Shown: positions 63,918 to 64,000 of the stretch, in pieces
Layout of the letters: every line of letters begins with the position of its first letter
Numbering within the stretch: position 1 is the stretch's first letter
NCBI GenBank assembly: GCA_044892525.1
Contig: CM097888.1
Location: 61,008,001 to 61,072,000, forward strand
DNA length: 64,000 bases
Source: Schmidtea polychroa
Taxonomy: Eukaryota
Direction of reading: 5' to 3'
Position numbers and translations under genes: made by a program
Notes under the pieces: model-generated
Told to the model about the DNA's origin: nothing
Database searches by the model: none
The model's input: only the letters and a program-made list of their open reading frames with translations

Positions 63918-64000
63918 CCTTATCTATGGTCAATTTAAATTATGCCATATTTTTATTTTGATATTTATGATATTTATTTTCAATCTTCTGTTTTTGTAAT

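Overview
Very AT-rich animal genomic DNA from a draft assembly with 7 N-gaps. It is probably an invertebrate (lophotrochozoan/flatworm-like by inference only). Two host genes are supportable: the 3' six exons of a divergent GSK3/shaggy-family kinase (+, 51-7790, one GC-AG intron) and a 387-aa rhodopsin-class peptide-type GPCR (-, 51757-52920). The rest is dense in transposable elements. The two young elements are a full-length CsRn1-clade Ty3/Gypsy LTR retrotransposon (43888-47936) and an apparently intact 3.3-kb hAT transposon (59077-62385, perfect 8-bp TSD, 841-aa DDE transposase). The Gypsy copy has identical 116-bp LTRs, a gag ATG inside the LTR and a canonical -1 frameshift cassette. It also carries a nested 241-bp piggyBac-type MITE whose clean removal restores the pol frame. 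Older relics include pogo/Tigger, mariner, Tc1, piggyBac, CR1/L2-like and Penelope fragments, plus an unclassified two-copy element with DINE-1/HINE (Helentron)-like architecture. I found no tRNA, rRNA, CRISPR or prokaryotic features. All family assignments come from motifs recognised by eye; no database search was run.
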